Assembly: GCA_907165135.1 (NCBI GenBank)
Contig: OU015568.1
Span: 11,656,001 to 11,720,000, forward strand
Direction: 5' to 3'
Origin: Oikopleura dioica
Lineage: Eukaryota > Animalia > Chordata
DNA length: 64,000 nucleotides
The notes under the pieces were generated by a model, which saw only the letters and a program-made list of their open reading frames with translations, did not search any database and was not told where the DNA came from. This document shows positions 11,901 to 23,339 of the stretch, piece after piece (positions within the stretch are counted from its first letter, which is position 1; each line of letters begins with the position of its first letter). The position numbers were made by a program, and so were the translations under genes.

Positions 11901-12796
11901 CACTGCTCGATTTTTTCTCAGGTTAACCAAGTTTGATTCTAGTAGACATTTGATGCCTTCTAGGACATTTAAGATGTTTTGTCGAGCCCCCGGATGAGCA
12001 AATCTCTTCTTGGAAAACTCGGCTTTGAGGAAACTCCAGTTAATTTCGAATTTTTTCTCTTCGCTTTCAGCTCGGACGAGTTGGTAGACCATTGAATGCA
12101 TCTAATGTTCTCAGTCCTTTTCTGTCATGTAACATGAGTCATGTTTTAATGTTAAAATTTAATATAATCGAGAAAGTGGTTTTTGAAGGCATTATTTTGA
12201 TTCAGCGCTTTTATACCGGCTGGTTACAAGGTTTTGAACGGTGGGTATTATTAATTTTCAATTGTCTATCAAAACCGCAGAAGATTTATTAGTATTTACC
12301 GAAAAAATTTTACGTTATGAACCGTCAAAGTGAAAAAAGTGCGTAAAATTCAAACTTTTAGTGATAAGCTCGGCAGGAGTTGAGATATGGGGCTCATCTC
12401 GGAGGCTACAGAAGCCCTGATCATACGGATCATTTTGACGCTTCAAACATGAAAATCCGACGACTAGAACAAAAACGGGAGCTGACAACGTGATTTCCGG
12501 TAATCAGCCGGTTAACCGGTAAATCCTTAAAATTTTCAAGAGTGACCTATACCAATCGACTCGTCTCGACGAGCCTGACAAAACTGCACTAGCACTTTTT
12601 TCATGATTTCCGGCCGCGCAAAAAGTTTTTTGAAATCATCATAATAAAGCAATTGATTTTGATTTTTTATAGCAATAATAAAAATAAAACGATGAATAGA
12701 AAAAGTTGATTACTGTACCTGTTCGCCACAAACAGTACAGCAAATCTTTGCGTCGAAGACCCATGCCCAGGGCTTGTGATTCTCTTTGAATTCCAT
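5976..12796 (-). CDS. ATRX: ATRX chromatin remodeller (ADD domain + SNF2 ATPase + HELICc), multi-exon
   Basis: ADD domain: ICCTVCGEQ|[21 protein letters not shown]...[31 protein letters not shown]2 motifs [21 protein letters not shown] and LTGTPMQNN. HELICc motifs KLIVFSQS and YFRIDGS, then [15 protein letters not shown] 12796 has an in-frame stop upstream. One apparent +1 frameshift in the T7 run at 9818-9824. Confidence 0.93.
11278..12640. mobile_element. Long-TIR (foldback-type) non-autonomous DNA element in ATRX intron 1
   Basis: Near-perfect inverted arms of about 480 bp (11278-about 11758 and about 12161-12640) around a spacer of about 400 bp. Termini GATGATTTC / GAAATCATC, flanked by ATA on both sides (candidate 3-bp TSD). 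Confidence 0.88.
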
Positions 12797-12989
12797 CTTT
12801 GGCGCTGACCGCCGCGTGGATCGGGATCTCCGTCCTGCTCGTCGCGCTCTTCACTGGCGCTGATTCACGAGTTTCGAAAAAAAGGGAATCGGAAATTCGA
12901 GATTTTCAGGAATCCATCAAATCGGGATCAGAAAAGAATCCAGTCTTTCGGGCCACCTTTTTTCTGCTATCGGGTTTCCGCCTACGCAA

Positions 12990-13250
12990 ATTCCGCTCGA
13001 CCAATCAGATGCTCGATGAGTAATCACTTCGGTCATTCATCATCAAAGGTCCGAAATTTTTTTTCGAAAAATTTTTTCGTCCAAAATCTTCCCTTCTTCA
13101 GCTATCCACTTCTTCCAGCGAGGAAGGCGCTTTTCTCGATCTTTCAGGGCGAATTCGATTTTTTCAATCGCAGATTCGGATTGGCCGTAATCAAAAACCC
13201 CCGATTGGTTGTGAAAATTCATAATTTTTTAGCAACAAGATGGCGCTAAA
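12990..13250. promoter_or_regulatory. Putative ATRX-proximal promoter region with CCAAT boxes and a YY1-like site
   Basis: CCAAT/ATTGG at about 13001, 13179 and 13204, and CAAGATGGCG at 13236-13245, just upstream of the ATRX ATG. Motif matches only. Confidence 0.3.
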
Positions 13251-15389
13251 GTTTTTTCTTTCTTTCAAATGAGCGTGGGCGAGTTTGAGGAAAAGGTCCT
13301 CCGCGCGCGCAGCTCAGCTTCGGTGCTGCGCAACTTTCGCTTTTGCCCGCCAACGGATATCCTTCACCTTCTTCTGTCACTAACTGTTAAGCTGTCAGTC
13401 AGCAAGTGACCATCTTCAGTACTTAACCGTAAAATAAAGCGTCTGTGTGTATTTCCGGTTCTATGATAGAACTTCTATCTTAGGATGGTCATTTCTGAAC
13501 GGATATAAGTATTAGATCAGTACAAGTAATAATAAATTTACATCAATAAGTGACAATAACCATTTTACTACTTTTATCTCCAGAAGGATGACTGGGAGAA
13601 TAAATTCTCAAGTTTTGGGCATTCCCACAATTTCCTAGACATGACCGACTAAGTCGCTTAGCAGGATAATTCCATTTTGCCTGTTAGTTTCTGGAAATTC
13701 CGCGATGCTGAAGACGTCATCACCAGAGAATCTGGGGTACAATCCCGTACAACGGTGAAGTCCGTTTCCTCGCTACACATGATTTAATTGTTACAGAAAT
13801 CGGCAAGTACAGTAGTTCGACTTTTTTCAAATGGTTTTCATTTGAAATCATCGAAATCAACCCTTTTGAATGAAGAAAAAGAAAAGAAAAAAGTTTGAAC
13901 CGAGCGTTAATAGAAAGAAAAGCGTGCAATAAATTATCCAGCTAAATCCAAAGAGCCACCATTTGAGGTGGGAATGGGACTCTAATTAATTGGGCACAGG
14001 TAATTAGAGCAAATTAATTTTGATCAGCAGTCCGCAAGTTTTTTTTTAAAGCTGGAGCAGCGATTTTGAAAGAGAAAAGAATGGCAAGGAGGAAATCCTT
14101 GAGATTTGCGTCGGAGCTGCATCACCGAAGACCGTCTGCGTTTGAGGTCAGTTTTTTTTCTTTCGCCAGAAAAAAATCATCAAATTGGAGATATACATAA
14201 TCAATGCTCTTCTTGCGAGATCTTTATTATCTCAAGCCAGCGCGAGATGCAATCTTTCCTGCTTGATGTTGCTTTCTGAATAATTTAAATTTTTATTGTT
14301 TAAACAAACTCATCCTTATTCTGATCGCTAGAGCATAGCAGTTCCGAGCACACAAGAAGATCAGATACAGAGAAGAGAAAGTATTCTTGGCATTCAGAAA
14401 CATGGTTTTCTAAAGACGCTAAATTCCTAGGATAATGAATAAAAGCAGAACCATTAGAAGACGGGAGTCTCTCTCGAAGCGAATTCCTACAAGATGAGAG
14501 ATCCTAAGGATCCAAAGGAAAAGGGGATGAAGCGGGAAAGAGAATATCATCAAGTGGCAGTTGATTTTTATTAATTATTTTTCTTTGAAAAAATCTTGTC
14601 AAAGATGCTGAGTGACACGCCACAAATCAAAGTTTAGGCAGCTTTTAATCATGTGTGCAAGATTTTCTTCGATCTTGCTGGCTCAGAATAAACGAGGACC
14701 TTGGGGAAAGGGTTGATCAATCGAGGCTGAAGCCGGCGACGTTTTCAATGTTTCTCGATGTTTTTTTACTTGCTCGACACTTTTGCTTTTTTGCGAGTTT
14801 GAGCGGCTAAGTCAATCTTCATAATTGACTCGAAGCGACTGTAGTATAGAACGCAGTTCGAAAATGGCTAGAAAACAGATAGATGGTGAGAGAGTTGACA
14901 TACAGAATGAAACCAACAGTACGCTTGGGAAGACGCTCCATACAATTGTGAAAATGTAAGACTCTTTCTTGACCAAGAACTATTCAATTTGCCAATATTT
15001 TATCGCTAATTGAAAGTGAGCCTTCAAATATAAAAGTTTAAAATATCAAAATAGCCATTGAAAAATATTTTTCAATTGCTAAGCTTTGCTTCTTTCAAGT
15101 CTGTAGAATTATTCAAGCGGTTGCATTCAACCTAAAAGTACCCAAACTACACCCGAAAAGAATAATTAAACGTGCCCGGGATAAGACCACAGAGTCATCG
15201 TTCCTGACTTTGAAAATGACAAAAAAATCAGTCAGAGATGCAGTTCAAGATATCTGCCTGGCGATAAGAGAAGCAGCGACAAAGTTCACCTTCTTGCGCC
15301 ATAAAATCGAGCCCGGAAATGAACCCTTTGCCAATTATGTTAAGCGTTTTCCTATTATCGAATTTCTAGCGTTTCGGGCATCTCCCTAG

Positions 15390-18300
15390 CGAGAGGGGAA
15401 AACGACTTTCGGTCAGATGGGACAGTTTCCCATTCATCCCATTTAAAGTGGAAGCAGAATTCTTTCCTGGAAGCGATCATCAAGAGAAGCAATTTATCAA
15501 CGCAATATGGGAGCTATTTACTCGCAAATGCAAGACTGGAGGGCTTTCCAATTGTCCACGTTTCCGACAAATTCGTTCGACAGGTTGTTCATTTTCTAAT
15601 GCCCAGTGGGGTCTTTGCTTAGCTAAAGATAGTGACTCAACGCTTATCTTTTTCTTTTAAAGCTGGGCTACTCAAAAGCGGAAATCGTGGGGAAAAGCGC
15701 CACTCTTGAATTTCTGGCCGGCGAGGAAACTGAGGCCAGCACGAGGTAGCGCCCTCAACCTTTCTATTAATATAATCATAGCTTTAACAAAGCGTGAAAA
15801 TAAAAGAAGCGTTAGAAGACTCGTACAGAATATCCGCAAATGAGATTTATTATAATAAAGATGGCGACCCACATCGATATAATATCAATGTTCGACCAAT
15901 TTCATCGACTTTGGATGGCAATCCAGAAGTCACGTATATTTTCATATCAGTAATGGGCTTCTTTTATTACAGAATATGAAGATTATACAATAAATTAATA
16001 AATAAACATAAAACAGCCCTTTGTTTAATGAGTCCAGTTCGCACGGATCAACAAAGCCGAAATAAAATAGCTCCGAAACGTGGATATCTCCGCGCTAAAG
16101 ATAGAATTCTCAGGTAAGAAGTTATGCTTATTTTTACTATAAAATCACTACGGTACAAAAATAACGCGTTTGAAGACGAGATGGGAACAACTCGGAGAAA
16201 AGTGCGGCAAATATTTCGTATGGATTTGGAGCACCAACTATGCCGAGTTACATCCTCAGGAATGCGTTTTTTTTGCATCAATATTTCCGAGGTCACTTTT
16301 TCACGACTTCAAAACATGCTTAAAATGCGCTGCAAGTCACAACAGCTCTTTCAAATCTGCCTGGACTTGGTTCATTCTATGCCTGACCTTGTATACAGCT
16401 GTGATGGTGCCTTATTCCGTAGCTTTCCAGTATAAAGGCTCGCCTCAGGAAAATGCACAACAAGTTTTATTTTGGCTCATTATTGATTCATTTGTTGACG
16501 TCGGTGGGTCATTTTAACAATTCAAAAGATGAAAATAAAAACACGGTATAATTAAGTATTCATTGCCGATATCGTGGTGAATTTTATGACTTCCTTGATG
16601 TCCGACTCTGGGGAGATGATCAAGGACGCCAAGATTATACAAATGAACTATGTTAGCAACTGGTACACGCTTGATCTGCTTAGGTATGAATAAAGCCGTA
16701 ACAAAACTTGATGCTTGATTCAGTTGCCTTCCATACGATATAATTTACTTCGTCCTAAACAACGTCAAAGACACAGCAAGGAATGGAATCGGTTCTTCTG
16801 ACTCGAATTCATCTGCGACATCCCTCTTCTCCGCGCTGAAAGTTATCCGTCTTCTCCGCGTCGCCCGGGTCGCCCGAAAAATGGATCATTTTGCAGAGTA
16901 CTCTGGCGTCGTTCTCATGATTCTTGTCGGCGCGTTTGGGTTGTTTGGACACTGGCTAGCTTGCATGTGGTTCGCCATTGGTATCAACACAATTTGCACG
17001 GATGAGGGAAAATTGATGGAGCATAACTGGCTTGTTCGTTTTTCTAATGACATATCAAAGGAGTACAAAATCCAACAAGGCTGCAATGTGACAGCAGGAC
17101 CAGAACATTTGGATGCTTACCTGGCTTCTTTGTATTTTGTCATGTCTTCTTTGACTTCCGTCGGATTCGGCAACATCGCACCCTACAGGTTTTTAGTCGC
17201 AAATAATATAATTAATCACTTAGAGTCTTAGTCCCTACGAGCAAAGTTTCAGCGTTGTGGTACTTATTTTCGGTGCGTTACTGTATGCCATGATTTTCGG
17301 AAATGTGACGACCATAATCTCCCAAATTTATGCGGATATGAACCGCTACCACGACTCGCTAAATTCGGTGCGCGAATTCGCGAGGTTCAACTCAGTGCCT
17401 CAAAATATAGAGGCGCGGATCATGGACTTTATGGTCACTACGTGGCAGCAAACGAAGGGAATAGGTAAGCCCTACTTCACACTGTCTTTTTAGACTCAAA
17501 TTTGATCGAAAATTCAACTTCGCTAATTTAACTAGATACGAACGCTGTGATCAACCTCTGCCCGAAAGACCTCAAAGCTGACATCTGCGTGCATTTACAT
17601 CGCCGAGTTTTCAACGGACACAGGTGCTTCCTGGAGGCGTCCGATGCATGTCTTCGATCGCTGGCTCTAGAATTCCAGACGATTCACGTGTCGGCCGGAG
17701 ACATTGTCTACCACAAAGGAGAATATGTGGACGAGCTTTCTTTTGTAGCAAGGGGAATTTTAGAAGTGCTACAGGACGGAGAAGTAATAGCGGTTCTAAG
17801 CAATGGGGATGCATTCGGAGATAATGTTTGGAGAAGACCGCTCTCCCACGGCCCAGGTAAACAAGAAAACGATATTGATGGTGATCGAATTTTTCAGCGA
17901 AATGTGTGGTTTACATCCGCGCGCTTAGTTTCACCGACATTCACGTGATCAAACGTGCCTCGCTCAAGAAAGTGCTTGGTTTTTACAACGATTACGCGAA
18001 ATCTTTCGACCGCGAGCTCAAACTCGCCGTCAACGTTTGCGAGAGTGTTCATTTCCGGAAGATTAAACGCAAAAAGCAGAAATTGGTAGCCGGAGATAGC
18101 GTCAAAGGTGGCATTTCGAGTATTTTAGGAAAGGGGTCTTAACCGTTGCTTAGCCTAAAGAGGCGGCGGCTTATCTTACGGGCGCAAGTTAACGTTACGT
18201 AACTTGCGGCGTTAGAAGGATTAAGACCTGTGATAAAGCGGCTGCTGTTAATGATGGAGCAATGGGGTTAATTCCCGGAGCTTCGATGGAAGAAGTAACA

Positions 18301-19035
18301 GACGAGCGAAAGAAAGAACTTCCCATGAAAAGCGAAGTAAATAACGAAGAGCAAAAAGTACAAGTAATTCAAAAGTGCTACAAATATTCATTGAAACTTT
18401 TAGTTTTCCCCTGCTGGCTCTTCAAAAGGTCTCGAAAGAAGCGATGCGATTGAAACTGAACCAACTTCCGAATCTTCTGAATCGGAAAATGACGAGGATG
18501 AAGTCTCGAGGAAAATCAATCCTCAGGTGTTGAGCGAGATAAGTGATCTGTACTCGTCTGTCCGGTAAGCTTCATTTCAGCAAGGAAACTCTCAAATTCT
18601 TCATACTTTAGTGATGATTCAAAACGACTTAATGACCAGCTTGAGCGTCTGGAGGAACTTCTCGAGGGAACTTTAGGAGTAGAGCTTGGGAAGAAATCGA
18701 GAACTGGTAGGAAAGCTTAGTTGAGAAAATATATCGCAAAATGATTAGAATCGATATCGCTTAATTCTGACGAAGAAGTACACTCTGGCGGATACACGAA
18801 TACCATCACGAGTTTGATCGAACTACCAAACAAACAATCGCAAACTCTTAAAGTAAAACGACCCCTATAATTTTTACTAGAAACTCTAATTCAGCAAATG
18901 TCGCAGAGAAAGAAAACTGGCCAGAAACACGCCACAAAACAATCATCTCTCAACAGATTGGCTCCGATATTCCAGTCGAGAAGGCTTTCAAAGACAGAAG
19001 AACCTACTAACAGTGACCAAGAATCGTCTTATTGA
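15390..19035 (+). CDS. KCNH (eag): EAG-type voltage-gated K+ channel (KCNH1/KCNH5-like): PAS, S1-S6, cNMP-binding homology domain; the first exon may lie further upstream
   Basis: KQNSFLEAIIKRSN...YLLANARLEGFPIVHVSD (eag/PAS domain), LKVIRLLRVARVARKMDHFAEY (S4), SSLTSVGFGNIAP (GFG filter), CPKDLKADICVHL...ASDACLRSLA...GDAFGD (C-linker/CNBHD). Stop at 19033-19035, AATAAA at about 19094. Confidence 0.9.
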
Positions 19036-19832
19036 CGCTATGAATATATTCATATTACTCCAGTGCCTCTGTAAAAGTTCAATCAGCGCCTAAAATAAAC
19101 TCTGCCTGCTCGACCCTTAGTTCTTGTGTTCACACTTTCAACCAAGGATGCATCAGTTCCGGCGATTAAAAAGCCACTAATTCGGCAAGCTGACAGGTAG
19201 AATCGGGTTTGCGGCGGCGCTAGAAGCATTCAGCTGGTAAGCGTCTAAGCAAATTCGTCTTTAATGAGGTTGTGATAAAATTGCGTAAAAGAGTTTATTC
19301 TGTGGTATTGGGGGTGTTAAGTGTGTCTTAGCCGGTGGCGTTCGTGGTGTTTCATTTTTACAGTTTGGTGCGTTTGGGTGGTTACTTGATCTGGGTGCGG
19401 TGATCTCTCCACCGCCGCCGGACTAGCAGCAGCCCCAGGCGCACCAAACATTCTTTTGAGCCCTTTTTCAGAAGTTGAGCAAATATTTTTTTAAACAAAC
19501 AAAAGTCGCAATTTAAACAGACAGAGACATGAAAAGGATATGATAGAGAAACGAAAATTATGGAAGTCCGAATATTGGTCCTTTTCTTTATAGGTTCTGG
19601 TTTCTATAAGTCTAAAAACAATCAATCCATCTTACTGTCAATATGAACCGGCTTATGGGTTTTCCTTATGGTTTATGGTATCTGAATTTTTATTGAAACT
19701 CCATGTTAAAAAACTTATTTTAAAACAATTGAAGATAAATGAAAATATATTATGTATTAAACAAGTCGGTAAGAGATAGTTTCCCCACAACTTGGGGCCC
19801 ACAAGAGTAGAACATGTCTCCAAAACAAAAAG

Positions 19833-22762
19833 ATGAAACCAGCACTAGCCATGGTCACGGGAAAAAGAAAGCCCCCCAGATTCGCCCGCGGAATGCGCTT
19901 CGACAAGCTGCTGCTTGACGATGAAAAATTCCTCGAGGGCTCTGGTTTTGGCGAGTTCTTTGAGCGAGAATTGAAGAGTGTTACTGAGAATCCTGAAGTG
20001 TTCAATGATGATGACGAGTCTTTGCCGGAAGTGTCTTTTCCAGTATTGTAAGTGCCCGATCGGAAAACGAAAATTGCTTATCAAAACAGTCTACAGTCAA
20101 TTTTCCGACTGCAGCATCCTCTAATTTCTTGCTTTTCCAACCGCTCTCAAATATCAATTCCCTCCACATTTTATCGATAAGAAAACCGAGTTGGGCGTCT
20201 AACTAACCATCCAGTACCATGATGGAAAGTGATTAATAAGAAGGCCGCACTCGGTGGCACCTATCATCAGTTCGCGATAACAAGTTGATACACTAAATAC
20301 AGATTTTCATGCATCCCGAAAACACGATTAGTTTAATTCTATCACGATGCGATAAGCCAATTGAAATGCCGCATTGCCGAACTCTTTGACACTTAGTATT
20401 CTTAGCCGCGCAGCTGACAATTCTCCGGAAAATCCTACGAAGGATCAAGACACCGCACCTGAACATATTACCCAGCCTCAAGCTTCAACTGTAGCGAGCA
20501 GTTCACCGACGCCGACCTCAATTACAAAAACAACCGTTTCTTCAACTACAGAGCGGAGAAAACTGCGGAAGGTAATGACTAGATGCATTTTTTTTGAAAA
20601 TAAATCTCATTTCCCAAAAAATAATTCTGATGGTAAACATAAACGTTGTTTTACCGAACTACGTTTATTGAGAATGATGATAAGTGTTATAAATGTCACG
20701 TTGGACCGCACGCTCAAGGGCCCGTTTGAAATCGAAATTGCGGTCTTGGGCTGCAGTGAAATGAAATCTCAAAGCGCAGATTCGGATAAAACCCTTGAAA
20801 CTCGAGTTTAATGTTTTAATCTATAGTTTTTTTCTTCAAAATCCGGCTCTGCTCACCGACTAGGCGGCAACAAGCTGATTTATGAGATCAACTAATGGGA
20901 GTAGAAAAGACGCGACTAAAAGTTCGATTTAGGCGGAACGAATTGCGCTCTACAAACAGCGACTTCTCTCAGAGCAGCAACTCGATCCAACAAAGGCCAC
21001 AACATTGTCAACAACTTTGACAACATCAAAATCCCCTGTTCAAACAACAAAAGGGGATAGCATGTGGCCAAAAAATCCATTCCGAACATCGATATCTGCA
21101 ACCGCATCTCCCTCTAGAACGACGCCAAAAGCTCCTTTAAAGACAACGACAAGAACGATCACTACTACAAAAATTACAACGACGAAAACCATATCAACAA
21201 CGACAACGACAACCATAATCACAACTACAACAACATCGACAACATCCACGTCAAAAACTACCACATCGACAACTACACCGACAACTACGAAAACGTCGAC
21301 GACGACAAAAACAACAACCATAGCTACCACAACAACAATATCGGTTACTACAACTTTACTACCGACAACCACAATAGAAACAGAGACAACATCTGGCGCA
21401 ACAACAGAAGAACAAACTACAACGACAGCAACAAAAACAACAACAATTCCGACATCCACAGATGTGAAGAAAACATCATTTCCAGATCAAACAACAGAAG
21501 AACCAACAACAACAATCGCAACTTCAACAACACAGGTGCCAAAAATTATCTAACCATATGTTTCCTCACGTAATATTCAAGTATACAACAGTCGAACCGA
21601 CGAGTACGACAGAGTTCTTTACAGAGGATCCTACTACTACCTCAGTTGCATCAACGACATCGAAGCCCGACGAATCAGTTCCCATTTGGCCCAGTGAGCG
21701 ACAGAAAAACAAAGAACAGGGCACTCCTCCAATGTGGCCTAGTGAAATTAAAAACAAACAGAAAAATAATGAAAAGGAGAGTACGGATGTCATAGAAGAT
21801 TTCTTCGAACCGCTCTCCGAGGAAAGTAAAGAAGATGAGACGGAAAGCCTTTTCGAAGAAGGAAGCGGGCAGACAGTCTTGATCGGTGATATTGATCCAG
21901 AGTTGCTGAATGGATTTGAAATTTTTGATGATGAAGCAGTAGAAATAGTTTCTCGACCGAAATTATCAACAGTAAAGCCGGATTTGTCAACGAAAGCTGG
22001 CTTTACTACACTAGCAACATTTATAACGACCGTCCCTTCCACACCAAAAACATCTCCGAAGCCCCCAAAGAAAAGACCAACTACTTCGAAAACAACAACT
22101 ACGACCACGACAAAATCTACAACGACTATGTCAACAAAAACTTCACCGACAAGTGCGACAACAACATCAACATCATTTATTTCCACAACCAAAACGACAA
22201 CCACAACAACAACTACAACAACAACTACTACTTCAAAAACGAAAACGACGACTACTCCGAAAACAACCAAGTCAACAACTAAATTCAAATTTGCAACTCC
22301 TGCTTCATTCAATCGTCCAGTTTGGACACCTCTTCCTCTTGCCACTACGACGATGCGTCCACGAACCCCTGCTCGAACTCCACAGAAATTGTTGACTACC
22401 GCTTCAACGAGAAAAATTGTTTTCACAAAGGTATGAGTTGTACCTGATTGTGTGTTTACAATTATCATAGACAACACCGCGAACAAAACCAACAAAAGAA
22501 CCTCAACACTGGCTACCTGCAAATTATGTAAGAGACTACAATTTAACTCCTTATAACGCCTTTAAAGGATTATCTCGAAATCGAACCCGAAGAAACTGCA
22601 TCAGCGCCGCCCGTCGTGGAAGGCGCTTTCCGTGGAAACTCGTCGATCTCGGAAATCATCGATTTAGAGAGTGAGAGTGGCGGATCAGGCGCAACTAGAG
22701 ATTTCAACAAAGGCTCACACTTTTTAATAATTGTCGCTAGCTTTTTAACATACCTTGTATAG
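19833..22762 (+). CDS. Large Thr-rich mucin/proteoglycan-like protein with a possible GPI-anchor tail, multi-exon; start uncertain
   Basis: ORFs 21005-21553 and 21558-22436 carry extreme Thr repeats, plus acidic Ser-Gly motifs (FLEGSG, FEEGSG, SESGGSG). The last exon from about 22567 ends in a short hydrophobic tail HFLIIVASFLTYLV*. Confidence 0.65.
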
Positions 22763-23339
22763 AACGTTTTTCTAACTCAGTCCAACACAAATTCTGTCTT
22801 GCTAACTTATGATAAATTATTACCTAATCACTGCATTGAAAATCTTCAAAAAAAGTATATTCAAAATACTGTTTACTCTGTGCCTAAATTCTGTGTCAAT
22901 ATATAATTAACAAATATATAATAGAAAATGATTCAATTTGTGCAAAGTTTGAACTTCAAACATTATACCGATTGACGAAGCTTTGTTTACTAGTACTCAA
23001 TTAGTTTTGCTTTTCCAAAAATATATTCGGCCAGGATGAATTATTCGATGGGCGTAATTATCAACTGGAGCTTTTTTATTCGTTGCCGGCTTCCATTTTC
23101 TCTTCGCTTGATTATTATTGTCAAAGCAAACAAAACTTGAGTTAGTCTTGTTAGAGTCGAAGAGGCACACATGTTAAGTCACACTCATCAAGCTTTGAGA
23201 ATTTTGAAGTCAAATGCATGTCTTTACACGAACTTAGTACAGCATAAATTTACAGAAGTAATAAATACAGAGAATGAACGTTCTTTATCAGAAATACTTC
23301 TTCAGTGAATCCCAACAGCAAGTGCACCGGTTATTTGCT

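Noticed and set aside
11626-12292. Twin ORFs 11626-11808 (-) and 12092-12292 (+)
   Set aside because: Mirror images within the arms of the foldback element, with no protein motif.
18183-18208. Intronic hairpin CGCAAGTTA...TAACTTGCG containing GTTACGTAAC (PAR-bZIP-like site) in the KCNH gene
   Set aside because: Only a 9-bp stem. Too short to support an editing duplex or regulatory claim without data.
21040-22522. Long Val-rich minus-strand ORFs (21040-21459, 21566-22522), and likewise 121-507
   Set aside because: Antisense shadows of Thr-rich (ACN) codons in the mucin-like genes.
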